DNA of 64,000 nt from Octopus sinensis (Eukaryota): positions 21,200-85,199 of the forward strand of contig NW_021833060.1 in NCBI RefSeq assembly GCF_006345805.1. The letters are read 5' to 3'. The notes under the pieces are model-generated. The model searched no databases, was not told the DNA's origin, and was given only the letters and a program-made list of their open reading frames with translations. Within the stretch, counting starts at the first letter, position 1; each line of letters begins with the position of its first letter. The position numbers and the translations under genes are program-made. Below are positions 27,277 through 38,810 of this stretch, piece after piece.

Positions 27277-30200
27277 ATATATATATACGTATATATAAAT
27301 ATATAAATATATATATATATATACTGGTGTCACATAAATGTACCCATAAAAACTCTCAGAGTGGTTGGCATTAGGAAGGGCATCCAACCATAGAAAACCA
27401 TGGCAAATCAGACTAGATTCTGGTGCAGCATTCCAGCGTGCAAGCCCAGTCAAATAGTCCAACCCATGCCAGCATGGGCAATGGACATTAAATGATGATG
27501 ATGGCCCAGTGGTTAAGGTGTTGCACTCATGAGCGAAAGATCCATGGGTGTGATTGCAAAACAGGGAAGTGCATTATGTTTTTCAGCAAAACACTTCATC
27601 TCACATTGCTCTGCAATTTCTTTGATACATATGCACAGCACACTATGCACCTGTACAGGTAATGTCAGTTTGATGGAGGAAGTGAGCTAATTTATAACAA
27701 CAAACTTTTGATCACTATAAACAAATTATCTGTGCAGGTTATTCAGCAAGGAACTGCAGAACTGCCTTCCTGAATCTGAGAGACAAACAGTGTTTGTGCA
27801 TGTGTGTGTGTGTGCGCACGCATGCGTATGTGCATGTGTCTGTCTATCTGTCTCCTTGTCTTGACATTGCAAGATAGTTAAAGACAAGCAGAGTCCTTCG
27901 TTTCTAGTCTTCCATGAAAACAAGTTCAGGCATGGGGAAATATCTTGCTTGGGAACAGGAAAGGGTTGAGTGACAGAAGGGTATCTGGCCATAGAAAATC
28001 TACCTCAACAAATTACATCTGACCTACACGAGCACAAACTAGACATTAAATCAATGATGATAACAATGAAGATGAATCATCTGCATGCAGCATTTCCTGA
28101 TAGATACAAAATAAATTGACCTTCAAGGCCATCAGAGAGGTAAATGACTGGTTTGGCTTTACAAATGTAAATGGCTGAAGAGAATCCATAATTAACAGAT
28201 TAAAAGATTTTGATTAAATATTTAATACTTTGAGTTGCTAAACAAAAAAGTTTAATAAATTTGTAAGTATGGTACCAAGTATGTGTTGTACTGTAATGAT
28301 GATACAGGTATAATCAAATGTACCTTCAAACTAATTCCCTACAATTAAATTTTTCTTGGAGTTGAATCAAACAGCATTAAAAACGTATAATTTAGAGAGA
28401 AATTAGTCTAATATTTATTTTTGTGATAACTGTGAAGTTACAGAGAGGGCATTCTTTCTATAACAAAAATAAAATAATAGAAATAACTATCAGAAATAAA
28501 TAGTGACAATTCAACATTAGTTTTTATATCAAATATGCATATTTTGATGGTTTTAGACACAGATTAGTGAAATAATTATATCTTTACAGTTATATCTATC
28601 TTTGAACATTACTCTTCTTAAACCCAAGCTCCATTAAACAAATCTTAATCCTATAATATCATAGCTTTCTTAGACAATCTGCAAGCATCAACCACTAACT
28701 AAAGATATTTTAGCTCAGTTTTCACCTCCTATTCTTATTACACCATTGTATTTATTACTTGAGATTTTCCTTAAAATTTGCTCATTCAAAGTTATTGTCT
28801 AGGTGCTGGTGTAGCTGTGTGGTAAGAAATTTGCTTCCCAACCACATGGCTCCAGGTTCATTCCCACTGAGTAGCACTTTGGGCAAGTGTCTTCTACTAT
28901 AGCCCTAAGCCAACCGAAGCCTTGTGAGTGGATTTGGAAGATGGAAACTGAAAACAAGCCCTTCATATAGATTTGTGTGTGTGTATTTGTCCCACTGCAA
29001 CTGTTTGACAACTGGCAGTTTCTGTACATTCACATAAAGTAGCAGTTTGGCAACAGAGAGTAGGAAAATATGAGTAGAAACCACGTAAAAAGCAGCCATG
29101 CTGGTACCACATAGACATCGTGCATGCCAGTACCATGAAAAAGCAACCATGTCGGCACCATATAAAAAGCACCTACTTTGCACCATGTAAAAGTTGACCT
29201 TGGCCAGGGCCAGATTTATAGGGGTGTGGAGGGGGCAATTGCCTCAGGCATCTAGGTATTTGTGTGGGGGGTGGGGTTGCTAGGAAAGGTATATAGAAAT
29301 CAATACAGGAAGACCAACCACCTCTCAGTAATCAGGTATGATGAGGCTCTCTTTCAATATACAAAGGTTTCTTGACTTCTTAAAAAATGGAATGGATTCT
29401 CTTTCATGATAAATACCCATAGATTTTTGCAACTGCAGAGACACCAAATAAGCCAATTAAAACACAACTTACCCAGTCCCAAAGCACTTACAATTTCCCT
29501 TTCGGAATTGTAGCTGTTTTGGGGACAACAGATAAAAGGGAAACAACAGAACACTCCTGAATGTGTGTGTGATTGTGTGCGTGTGTGTATGTGTGTGCAT
29601 GTGTGTGTGTATGTATGTATGTATCTGTGAGTATAAAGAAATTTTTCCTCAAAATATTTGGATAATTTTTAGCAAAAAAGCTATAAAGAATATTTTATGT
29701 TGAGTTTTTAGACTTACTGGTGTTTCATTATTTTCATATTATGAGCTATTTTATCTTCCTCATCTTTCATTTGACCAAGATATTTTAAATTTTGTTGCAT
29801 TTCTGATGTCTAAGGATGGATGTATGACTATTTTTTCAAAATTAATTCTGGGGAACTGGAAGGGCATATTTACTGTGTCATGTCTTACCCATTTTTCCCT
29901 GCCTAAATTTGTCTTTTATATGCTCAAATAGAATAGTGATAATTTTCTGAAATAGTGTTCTGAATATGTTATAGGCTTTACTGCATTTAGAGAAGATCTT
30001 TACTTCGCTGATATAGTTTTCGCAAGGTAGTGAACATTTGTAAAAAATATATTGCATTTAATGATACTGCAGAAATACTTGGAGACACCACTACAAAAGG
30101 TTGCTAAATGAAGAGAATGAATGGGAGAAAACGAGTCAGCAAAATGTTGATTCAATAGTAGGACCAGCTATTCAAATTGACAGTACCTTGGTAGATAAAG

Positions 30201-33200
30201 CAATTACGGGTATGAAGACAGGGAAAGCCCCTGGCCCATCAGGAATCCTTGCCGAGATGCTCAAAATATCTGGCAGTGTAGACTATAGTCTAGTCACCCG
30301 TATAGGCAACCAGGTGATACATGAAGGAGACATACCCAATGACTGGTGTAGCAGCACCATAGTCAACTGCTACAAAGGTAAAGGTTATGCATTAGATAGG
30401 AATAATTACAAAGGTATCAAATTGTTGGATCAGGTGTTGAAAGTCACAGAGAGGGTGATAACCCAACTAAATAGGGAGAAAATTAGTTTAGATGAGATGA
30501 AGTTTGGGTTTGTGCCAGGGAAAAGTACCACTGATGCTATGTGTCTGATAAGACAGCTACAGGAGAAATTCCCAGCCAAAGATAAACCTCTGTACTTGGC
30601 TTTCATTGACATGGAGAAAACCTTTGACAGGGTTCCACGATCCCTTATTTGGTAGTCAATGCAGAAACTAGGAACAGATAGTGGTTGGTGAGAGCTGTAC
30701 AAGCCATGGACAGGGATGGTGTGGAGTAAGGTTAGGGTTGGCAATGAGTATGGTGAAGAATTCTGGGTAGGAGTCCAACAAGGATCAGTCCTCAGCCCCC
30801 TCTTATTCATCATTGTCCTCCAGGCAATAATAGAGGAATTGAAAACAGGCTGCCTCTGGGAGCTACTCTATGCTGATGACCTTGCTCTGATAGCTGAGTC
30901 ACTACCAGAACTAGTGAGGTTTCAGGTGAGGAAGCAAGGTCTAGAAACGAAGGCCCTTAAAGTCAATCTAGCAAAAACAAAAGTCTTAATAAGTAGGAAG
31001 GCAGACAAATCACAAATCCCTTCAGGTAGATGGCCCTGCTTTATCTGTAGAAACTCCATAAGATGTACCTGGGGTAAGCTATGGATACATAACAGGTGCA
31101 GCAATACCAAAGGAAAGTTAACTGAGAAGATAGTTTTTGTGTGTGGCAGATGCACAGGAGTAATAAACACTAAAGATGTACAGAAAGCAGATTCCATCAC
31201 ATGTCAGGGGGAAAAACTAAAAGTAGTTGAAAGCTTCTGTTACCTAGATGACCAAGTCAGTAGTGGGGGTGGACGCTCTGAGAGCATAGCTACTAGAATA
31301 AGAATAGCCTGGGAAAAGTTCAGAGAGCTCCTATCTCTGCTGGTAACAAAGGGCCTCTCGTTCAGAGTGAAAGGTAGACTGCATGATGCATGTGTGTGAA
31401 CAGCCATGCTACATGGCAGTAAAACATGGGCTGTGACTGCTGAGGACATGTGTAGGCTTGAAAGACATGAAGCTAGTATGCTCCATTGGATGAGTAATGT
31501 CAGTCTGCATACACGACAAAGTGAAAGTGCCCTGAGTCAAAAGTTAGACATAAGAAGCATCAGATGTATTGTGCAAAAGAGACTACTGCGCTAGTATAGT
31601 CATGTGTTGCATATGGATGAGGACAGCTGTGTGAAGAAGTGTCACACCCTAACAGTGGAGGGAACCTGTGGAAGAGGTAGACCCAGGAACACATGTGATG
31701 AGGTGGTGAAGCAAGACTGTCAGACATTGGGGCTCACAAACCATTGAACCCATGCCAGCATGGAAAGCCGAAGTTAAACAATGATGATGATGATATTTAC
31801 TTCAAAGTCAAAAATGCAGTAATTATTACTCATTGTGCCCCACCTACACTTACTGGAAACTGGAAAAGCAGACTTTTGGAAATAGGTGTTTGAATTTCTC
31901 GGTTTTTGTCTCTACCCATGGTCCCACCCACAATCATCATACCTTTGGAACAACAAATGATTTTTTTCTTTTTCATAATTTTCTGTCATTTTATCTTATT
32001 TTACCAGGTGGTGCTATTAAGTTAGACATGGCCTGGGCCTATACTGGCCAAAAGTTATCAAAGTTACATTCTGAAACATATGTAACTCACATTAAAAGAA
32101 AAAAACTCTTACCCCACTCTTTTCTCCTTCATTGTACTTTTCAAAATGAAGGAAAAGTCAAACATTGCAAGTGGATGTGTGAACAACAAAATTTGAATTC
32201 TGAAAAACTGTATCTATAAAGCGACATTTTCAGTCATTTATTTTCAGTTTCTCCACTAACTCATGAAATTCAATTATTTGAAATAGATGGGTTTTGAGAT
32301 TTAAATATGGTAATTTTCTAAGATTTCAATTCTTGTGTATAAGGAGCCCACTGAACATGAAGTGCCGTGCCCCCCTCCTCCCCCCTGCACCACCTCCACC
32401 ATGGTTTAAATCCAGTCTTGACCTCGGTAGTATTTGAACTCAGAATGTAAAAAAGCAGAAAAAATATCACGAAGCATCTCGTCCGGTGCAATAACAATTC
32501 TGCCCACTTGCAACTCTATTATATAACATAATGACGAAGATAATTTCTAATTTTTGCGAATTACTACCAGCTCACAAAAGAAATTTAAAAATCTGATTTC
32601 ACATAACCTCAGTATATATGAACATTCTTTGTGGCTGTCGTTTAATACATTCTCATCTTTCAGTTTAGAGCAGCAAATATCAGAACTATACTTTAATCAG
32701 TCTGTTTCTTAATTCAGTTGAAAGCATGCCAAAATTTTTTAATGCATTCTCTCCAAAGTCCTAGGTAACATGCTACAAATAGGAAGTCCTTTTAGATAAT
32801 ATCTTTGATGGCAACATTTCAGAATGCATAGATCTTCTATCAGTCAATGCTGATCATATATCTACAATATATACGTGTAGGTTTGAGCAAGTGTTCTTGA
32901 AAATAAAACTAGCAATTGCCCATGCATGCAAGTCGATCCATACAACTAGTGTTTATCCAAAAGAAAGATTGCTTATTTTGGCCAATACAGCTTGGAACCA
33001 GTTCCAATGCAGGCATTGCTATCAAAACACAAAAAAGTTTATACAGATTCCACAAGAATTTCACCCAATTGTCTAACACTTTCACCAAGTCATCTTCCTC
33101 GATTGATGCTTCTTTATTGGTCCCAAAAGAATGAAAGGCTAAGTTGACCTAGGTGGGATTTGAACTCACAGTGCAGAGAGTCAGAATAGATACTGTGAGG

Positions 33201-33864
33201 AATCCTAGCCAACATGGAATACCTCTGCCAATGTGCAGCAAGAGATAAAAGAGAATGGTAAGATGTTAAAAATAAACTTACAATTTTAAATCAGTCTTTC
33301 AAAACTAAAACAAAAAAATATAAAATATATTAAATGTATAAATATATTTTTAAAATATATAAAAATTGCCATCTGTGTATCATACAAAATGTATAATACT
33401 GTTTGTTAGAAAGTATGAAGGTGAGGACTTGTCTGAGATAAAATCTCTTCACAAACTTGTTGCATTAAAATCACAACTTATATCACCACAGTGGCTCACA
33501 AGAACTAGACACATTTCATCTTTGTTGAGCTTCTCAATGCTAGGCACCTACGTAAACAACACACATATAAAGGCAGGCATGGCTGTGTGGTAAGAAGCTT
33601 TCTTCCCAACCACATGGTTCCAGGTTCAGTCCACTATGTGGCACCTTGGGCAAGTGTCTTCTACTTTAACCTAGGGTGGAAACTGAAAGAAGCCTATCAT
33701 ATATATACACACACACACACACTTCCTCTAAATATAATTGGAAACAAATTTGTTACTCACCAATTAAAATCATTTGAATCATTCTCAGCCGCAAGCCAGA
33801 AGTACAAGTAGAAAGCCATATAGATAAAAGTAATCAGGAGAATTACTAGTATGATTAAGTCTTT
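3840..33864 (-). CDS. GDPD5: Partial spliced gene: six-TM glycerophosphodiester phosphodiesterase (GDPD5/GDE2-like); join of 7 exons, 834 bp, 278 codons; 5' and 3' ends not found
   Basis: All 7 exons have AG/GT boundaries and compatible phases (0-2, 2-0, 0-0, 0-1, 1-0, 0-2, 2-0). The joined translation has 5 hydrophobic helices, then SPC...[19 protein letters not shown]...[27 protein letters not shown]...LNAGSWF, the GDPD2/4/5 signature. Exact orthology within GDPD2/4/5 cannot be resolved by eye. Confidence 0.95.
7121..7203 (-). CDS. GDPD5: GDPD5-like exon ([28 protein letters not shown])
   Basis: tgcaag|GTT acceptor, AAG|gtaaat donor, 83 bp; PENT and metal-binding E-x-D motifs. Confidence 0.96.
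8710..8930 (+). mobile_element. SINE family B, near full length, flanked by (TTA)n-like sequence
   Basis: aaggcggcaatctggcagaa head, gagttcaaatt B-box-like motif, ...aaggattattatt tail. Confidence 0.75.
9430..9720 (-). mobile_element. 5'-truncated RTE LINE 3' UTR copy with (ATG)n tail
   Basis: catgctggcatgtgttgg...ctggatgcccttcctaatgcc, the same terminus as the RT-bearing copy at 30088-31793. Confidence 0.65.
10555..10790 (-). mobile_element. SINE family A, 3' half
   Basis: Matches copies at 26675-26990, 44205-44580 and 63720-64000. Confidence 0.7.
11477..11691. mobile_element. TTAA-type MITE
   Basis: ccctttagca left end and taaaaggttaa right end; about 210 bp. Confidence 0.7.
11949..12155. 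mobile_element. TTAA-type MITE, second copy
   Basis: tttagcatttaaaccggcc ... gaatgctaaaggatta; homologous to 11477-11691. Confidence 0.7.
13547..13760. mobile_element. TTAA-type (piggyBac-like) MITE, second family
   Basis: TTAActctttcgttac ... ataacgaaagggTTAA terminal inverted repeats, with TTAA on both sides. Confidence 0.8.
13918..14063 (-). CDS. GDPD5: GDPD5-like exon, TM5 plus catalytic His ([48 protein letters not shown])
   Basis: catatag|GT acceptor, GGG|gtatgt donor, 146 bp; SPC and HRG motifs. Confidence 0.96.
15321..15612 (+). mobile_element. Gypsy-type LTR with primer-binding site; internal region absent
   Basis: TGTTGTGG...TACTACA (TG..CA ends, 277 bp) followed by ataat-TGGTGACGAG, close to the tRNA-Ser(GCU)-type PBS TGGCGACGAG; internal TATAAA. 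Confidence 0.55.
16992..17085 (-). CDS. GDPD5: GDPD5-like exon, TM4 ([31 protein letters not shown])
   Basis: ttccag|ATA acceptor, TTCT|gtaagt donor, 94 bp; PF.H.G motif. Confidence 0.92.
18567..18725 (-). CDS. GDPD5: GDPD5-like exon, TM3 ([53 protein letters not shown])
   Basis: taacag|GGT acceptor, CAA|gtaagt donor, 159 bp, phase 0-0; aligns to the family segment xxGxxxxxH..H...W...W..L.LS.Q. Confidence 0.9.
19461..20070 (-). mobile_element. RTE LINE 3' UTR copy with about five ~60-bp internal subrepeats
   Basis: (CAT)n tail at 19461-19480; repeated gccagtcaggggcactggcatc units at about 19640-19940. Confidence 0.7.
22806..23108. repeat. Local tandem duplication, period about 151 bp
   Basis: gtctgtttcaag...atcataa starts at 22806 and again at 22957; about 10% diverged by eye. 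Confidence 0.9.
23474..23570 (-). CDS. GDPD5: GDPD5-like exon, TM2 ([32 protein letters not shown])
   Basis: cttcag|G acceptor completes the TG-G Trp codon; GTG|gtaagt donor; 97 bp. Confidence 0.88.
23721..23973. mobile_element. hAT/Charlie-type MITE
   Basis: TAGTGGTTCTCAA ... TTGAGAACCACTG TIRs. Confidence 0.85.
25690..26120 (-). mobile_element. Restriction-like-endonuclease non-LTR retrotransposon fragment (R4/Dong/NeSL-like), post-RT region
   Basis: Minus-strand reading [43 protein letters not shown]...*...WKSKALH resembles the LY.PR..GGRGL...W..K.LHG segment of RLE LINEs; bounded by an (ACT)n tract. Confidence 0.65.
26675..26990 (-). mobile_element. SINE family A with internal (CA)n
   Basis: Matches the family consensus seen in at least 10 copies in the window. 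Confidence 0.75.
27502..27770 (+). mobile_element. tRNA-headed SINE, third family, with a CORE-like central block
   Basis: A-box-like TGGCCCAGTGGTTAAGG, degenerate B box, gcaaaacacttcatctcacattgctc block; related minus-strand copy near 22050-22265. Confidence 0.6.
28801..29050 (+). mobile_element. SINE family A, 5' part
   Basis: gctgtgtggtaag (A-box-like) and ggttcattccc (B-box-like), then gggcaagtgtcttctactatagcc. Confidence 0.75.
29205..32420. mobile_element. Non-autonomous hAT-type element carrying an RTE insertion
   Basis: Left TIR CAGGGCCAGATTTA; right TIR reverse complement CAAGACTGGATTTA; G-rich subterminal blocks at both ends; 8-bp flanks ACCTTGGC (29197-29204) and ACCTCGGT (32421-32428) differ by two transitions. 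Confidence 0.65.
30088..31793 (+). mobile_element. RTE-clade LINE, 5'-truncated, RT disrupted by stops and frameshifts
   Basis: [72 protein letters not shown] motifs; ends in catgccagcatggaaag...(ATG)n. Confidence 0.95.
33575..33720 (+). mobile_element. SINE family A, 5' part, about 40 bp from a GDPD exon donor
   Basis: ggcatggctgtgtggtaagaagc head and ggttcagtcc B-box-like motif. Confidence 0.75.
33761..33864 (-). CDS. GDPD5: GDPD5-like exon, TM1 ([35 protein letters not shown])
   Basis: ttgcag|AAAGAC acceptor, AATTG|gtgagt donor, 104 bp; the YFW..xND..FNW motif matches the subfamily. Confidence 0.92.
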
Positions 33865-35870
33865 CTGCAACAAAGACAAAATAATAACATTGTGATTAGT
33901 ACTTAAATGAATGGTAACAGCACAAGATTAGAAGCTGACTGAAAGTTTACTCTTTACAATAAAACAATTACAGAAACAATAATATTAAATTAATCATATT
34001 AAAATATTTTTTAAAATTATAAAAATTATAGGCAGGAACCAATAACATGCATGGGATAACTTTCAGATATAATTCTTCTAAACAACAACAACAAATGTAA
34101 ATCATTTCAGAAGGAAAGAAAATTGATTTTATTATATTGATTTATAACAGGCACGTGGCCACACATTTTGAAGGGAGAAGCAGACCATCATTTCAACCCA
34201 GTGCTTGCATGGAAATTGTGTTATCAAATCCTGAATGATGAAAGATACATTTGCTCTCAGTGAGATTTAGACTCAAAATGTAAAGAAGCATAACTATGTT
34301 ACTTACCTGTGTGCAAATTGCACCCCTAATTTAGTGTTAAACCTTGGTACAAAGGTTGCATAGAGTATTAGTTTTAGCTTTGCCCCTCGTATATGTAGGA
34401 CCCCGGATTTATTTTAGCATAAAATAGTGCAAATTATATATGGGTAAATACAATAATTACTACATGGCATTTCATTCTATTGATTTTATAATATATTCAT
34501 TTCTAACATTGACAGAAGGCCTCATATTTTGGAGGAAAGGTTATCATCACTTAAATCAACTGCAGTACTTATCTGCTAGTTTATTTTATAAAACCTGAAA
34601 GAAAGAAAGACAAAGTTAGCCTCAGTAAAATTTGAGCACCGGATGTATAGAGATGCAACTAAATATCATACAGCATTTTGGCTACCCTTCTTCTAATTCT
34701 GCTAAGACAAAACTAATCAAGAATAAACTTTTGCTTTGAAGGATTGACAGAATTATCAAGAGAGCAATCCGTATGTTTTTGGCCACATGACAAAGGAAAA
34801 GTATAGGGAGAAAATTACTTCCTTATATCAAGTGGAATTTAACTGAAGAAAGCATAAAGTTAATAAAGAAATAAAGGTTATCACATTGTAGTGAGTGAAA
34901 AAGAATATTTGAGAAGAATGTCCTTAACAGTAATGACAAATATTATCAAGAAGAGTAAGGGAGAGAACTCTGAGATTTAAATGGACAAAAAATGAATGGA
35001 CGACATGCAGTCAAGAGTGTCTGATCTTTGGCAGTTACAGTGTCAACACCACATTTATTTCAATCTCAGTAGACTATTACTTCAGTGTAGTCTAATACAT
35101 AACTTCCAGAGCTTAAATTTACTTTGAAAGCATAGTCTAACATGTAACTTCCAGAGCTTAGATTTACTTTGTGTGAATATTATCCATTATTAGGTAATTT
35201 AAATTACTGAAATTTATTAATTAGTTCTGTATGTAGATATGTGTATGGATGTGTGGTGCTTGTTTGTAAAAGTTCTTAGTTATATCAAATTTCTTGAAGG
35301 AATAAATGTATTTCACAGCTATTAACTACATCTATTTAATCTATAGCTGTTATCTAGATCTACTTAATCTATGTTATATAAACTAAGCTTACTTTCCAAA
35401 ATGAAGAAATGGAAGAGTTCTGCTGTTCAATTTAGCGGAAGATATTAAGTTAACAGTGATATTGGCTGACCAACTTAACTACCTCCCTAGATACATACAT
35501 ACTACGTCTCTCTCTCACTTTTTCTCTTTCCGTCCCTGTATGTACGTGTGTGTGTTTGTGTGTGTATGTGTATATCTGACAATATATATATATATACCTA
35601 CATATATATATGTTTATGAATTTGTATTGCATGATTCCTGGTGTGAAGTCATGTGTTGAAACAGATATTGTATTTCGGGACGGTCTCTTTCTTTCTCTTT
35701 TTTGCCAAATAAACATACGCACTATGTTCGTTCTTCACTCATTTATCACTGTTCTTATTCTAACTCATGTCCATTGTCTGGAAATCTTTTGTCACACATC
35801 TGTGGCCTCCTCAGTGACATTTTCCATCTTCGTGAGTGCTCTTGCTCTGCTTATTCCATATATATCTATC

Positions 35871-36485
35871 TGTAGTGTGCAAGAGAGACAACTGCGCTGG
35901 TATGGTTATGCATTATGTGTGGAAGAGGACAGATGTGTGTAAAAGTGTCACACCCTAACAGTGGAGGGAACCTGTGGAAGAGGTGGACCCAGAAAGACCT
36001 AGGATGAGGTGGTGGACGACCTTCGAATGCTGGGCCTAATGGAGGCAATGACAGGTGACTGAGACCTTTGGAGATCTGCTGTGCTTGAGAAGACCCCGCA
36101 AGCCAAGGGAGACTGTAGCCATGGCCTATACCAGTGTCGCATAACCAGGCCATTTAAGAGTACCTTTTAATCAGTGGGCAATATGGTGTGCTTAAGACCT
36201 GTTGAATCAGGTGAAATCATTGTCGTGGCCAATACCAGTGCCGCCTGATTGGCACCCATGCAGGTGGCACATAAAAAGCACAATTCGAGCATGGCTGTTG
36301 CCAGTGCCACCAGCACATAAAAAGTACTCGTTACACTCTCAGAGTGGTTGGCATTAGGAAGGGCATCCAGCTGTAGAAACATTGCCAGATCAGATTGGAG
36401 CCTGGTGCAGCCACCTGGTTTGCTAGTCCTCAGTCAAACCGTCCAACCCATCCAGCATGGAAAGCAGACATTAAATCATGATGAT
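35871..36485 (+). mobile_element. 5'-truncated RTE LINE (ORF end plus complete 3' UTR)
   Basis: VQERQLRWYGY...EDRCV...GRGRPRKT region homologous to 31560-31740; (ATG)n tail. Confidence 0.85.
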
Positions 36486-36816
36486 ATACACACACACACA
36501 CATGTATATATGATTATACAATGATGTATGTGTGATTGTATGCATGTGTTTGATTACATGTGACAATATATATATATATATATAAATATATAGTCATCTA
36601 AGAATACATAAGTCAGAAAAAACAAGCACTCATATATTAATAGACTTGCTATATTAATACATACGCTATACAGTATTATAGATTCATTTTCATACCCGCT
36701 CTTCTGATGAGCACTATCTTAGGCTAAAATCTTTCAATAATACAGTATAGTATAGATATATTTGGGGATGATCATTTTGCCAATAAACACACACACACTA
36801 TTTATTTGATCTTCGC

Positions 36817-36849
<33 letters not shown>

Positions 36850-36850
<1 letters not shown>

Positions 36851-37320
36851 TATGTTTGACTTTTGCTTTATATTTGTACAAGTTGGCTCCAAGTCTCAAC
36901 CAGAGACCTCAAGAGACAACATGTTGGAAGTTCATGTTGCTGTTATGTCTAGTGTGCCATATATTTGGGGGGTTTTTTTGGTGTTGTACTAGTGAATGTC
37001 TAAAAATTAAAAAAATTAAAAAAACGAAAATTATGTTTGTTTTAAACCTTGAGATTACATAGAAAGTATTTTGTGTAGGATATGAGCAGTTCCCATGAGC
37101 ACTATCTTTTGAATTTCTACCATTTTGGGGTTTCCTAGTATCTGAGTTAGGTAGCAATCAGCCCCTTTTGCTATCATTCCCAGGGAACCTATGACAACAG
37201 GTATTGTTTTAGTCTTCAGGTTCCACATTTTGCTGATTTCTAATTCAAGATCTTTATATTTGCTCAGTTTTTGGTAGGTCTTGACAGATACATTTATATC
37301 GATTGGGACAGTCATATCAA
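36850..37320 (-). mobile_element. R4/Dong-like RLE non-LTR retrotransposon 3' end within (TAA)n
   Basis: MTVPID...KLSKYKDLELEISKMWNLKTKTIPVVIGSLG is the C-terminal restriction-like endonuclease segment; 3' UTR ends in (AAT)n; (TTA)n on both flanks. Confidence 0.85.
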
Positions 37321-37689
37321 TGAGGAATTATTATTATTATTATTATTATTTATTATTAATTTATTTGTCAGAGTTCTTTTCCTCGCACATTCTGTAACTT
37401 CTTCAGTGACTACCTTTTCTTCATGTTTCCTCTTCTCTCTGGTCTTGTCCTGTTTATCCCATTTTGTCTTTTGTTATGTATCCTTATTTGTACGTGTTTG
37501 CATCTGCATCTGTGTATGTGTCTGTATCTGTGTGTGTGTGTGTGTGCGTGTGTGTGTGTGTGTGCGCATCTGTTTAGTATGCAAATGTGAGTCTTGTGTA
37601 CATGTATACGGCTTTGTAAATTACACTATGTCATTTGTTTTCTTATTGTGTCTTCAGTAGTCAAATTGCAGGGTTTTGAGGCTCAACCT

Positions 37690-38030
37690 ATTTTCTATTA
37701 TGTGTGTGGTTTCTGCAATCTGAATTGACCCTAGTACTTACTTTTTTAAAGCCTGATACTTACTGTCAGATTCTTTTGCTAAACAGTTACATTACAAAGG
37801 ACGTAAACACACCAACACTAGTTGTCAAGCAATGGCAGAGAACAAACACAAACACATACAACAGCGTTCTTTCAGTTTCCATCTACCAAATCCACCATTC
37901 ATTCACAAGGCTTTGATCAGTCCAAAGTTATAATAGAAACCACCTGCCCAATGTGCCACATGAAGAGACTGAACCCAGAACCATGTGGCTGGGAAGCAAA
38001 CCTTTTATCACACAGCTTCACCTGCACCTA
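37690..38030 (-). mobile_element. SINE family A
   Basis: Family match. Confidence 0.7.
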
Positions 38031-38393
38031 TGTATGTGTGTCTGTGTGTGTAAATAGGGAAACAGTTTTTCTTTCAAACGTGATTGTTTTTTTAAAGCAG
38101 AACTATCTTCGTGTTTGTTAGTTTGTTTTAAAGACTTTTCATGTTTCCTTCTTAGTTCTTTATGTTTGGTTTGAAACAATATCCTTCTTACATTCCTTAT
38201 ATATTAGTCTCCTCTTGCAGTCCTGATGCCTTGTACTTTGAAATGGAAATATAACTTAACAGGTTACATAACAGATTCATTTGAAAGTGAAACATATTAT
38301 TAATCTAGGATAAATGGATAATAAGCAGGATTTGAGACACTAACCCTCTGGGTCAAACTTTTCACTGAAAGAAAAAGGATTTTACTATCACTG

Positions 38394-38435
<42 letters not shown>

Positions 38436-38455
38436 TCTTGATATGAGATCAAAAA

Positions 38456-38810
38456 TCAAATCAAATCAAAATTGATGAACATCAATGGAATTTGTATTTT
38501 TGTGGTACCAGTGCCAAACGTGGCCGTGGCCAGTACCACATCGACTGGCCTCTGTGCTGTGGGCACGTAATAAACACCATCCGAGCGTGGCCGTTCGTCA
38601 GCCTCGTCTGACACCTGAGTCGGTGGCACATAAAAAGCACCCACTACACTCACGGAGTGGTTGGCGTTAGGAAGGGCATCCAGCTGTAGAAACACTGCCA
38701 GATCTGACTGGCCTGGTGCAGCCTTCGGGCTTCCCAGACCCCAGTTGAACCGTCCAACCCATGCTAGCATGGAAAGCGGACGTTAAACGATGATGATGAT
38801 GATGATGATG
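38456..38810 (+). mobile_element. Young RTE 3' UTR copy
   Basis: CpG-rich and near-identical to 54990-55235 (-) over the terminal part; (GAT)n tail. Confidence 0.8.

Noticed and set aside
27502-27580. tRNA-like sequences (also the heads of SINE families A and B)
   Set aside because: A/B-box-like motifs run straight into SINE bodies and no cloverleaf can be completed, so they are not tRNA genes.
32600-33120. Possible hAT transposase relic on the minus strand (LSTELRNRL)
   Set aside because: Only a few residues resemble the hAT dimerisation motif amid many stops; not supportable without BLASTx.
36710-36755. CTGATGAGC...GCTAAA hammerhead-like motif
   Set aside because: GAAA is absent and the stems cannot be closed convincingly; possibly a very old PLE relic.
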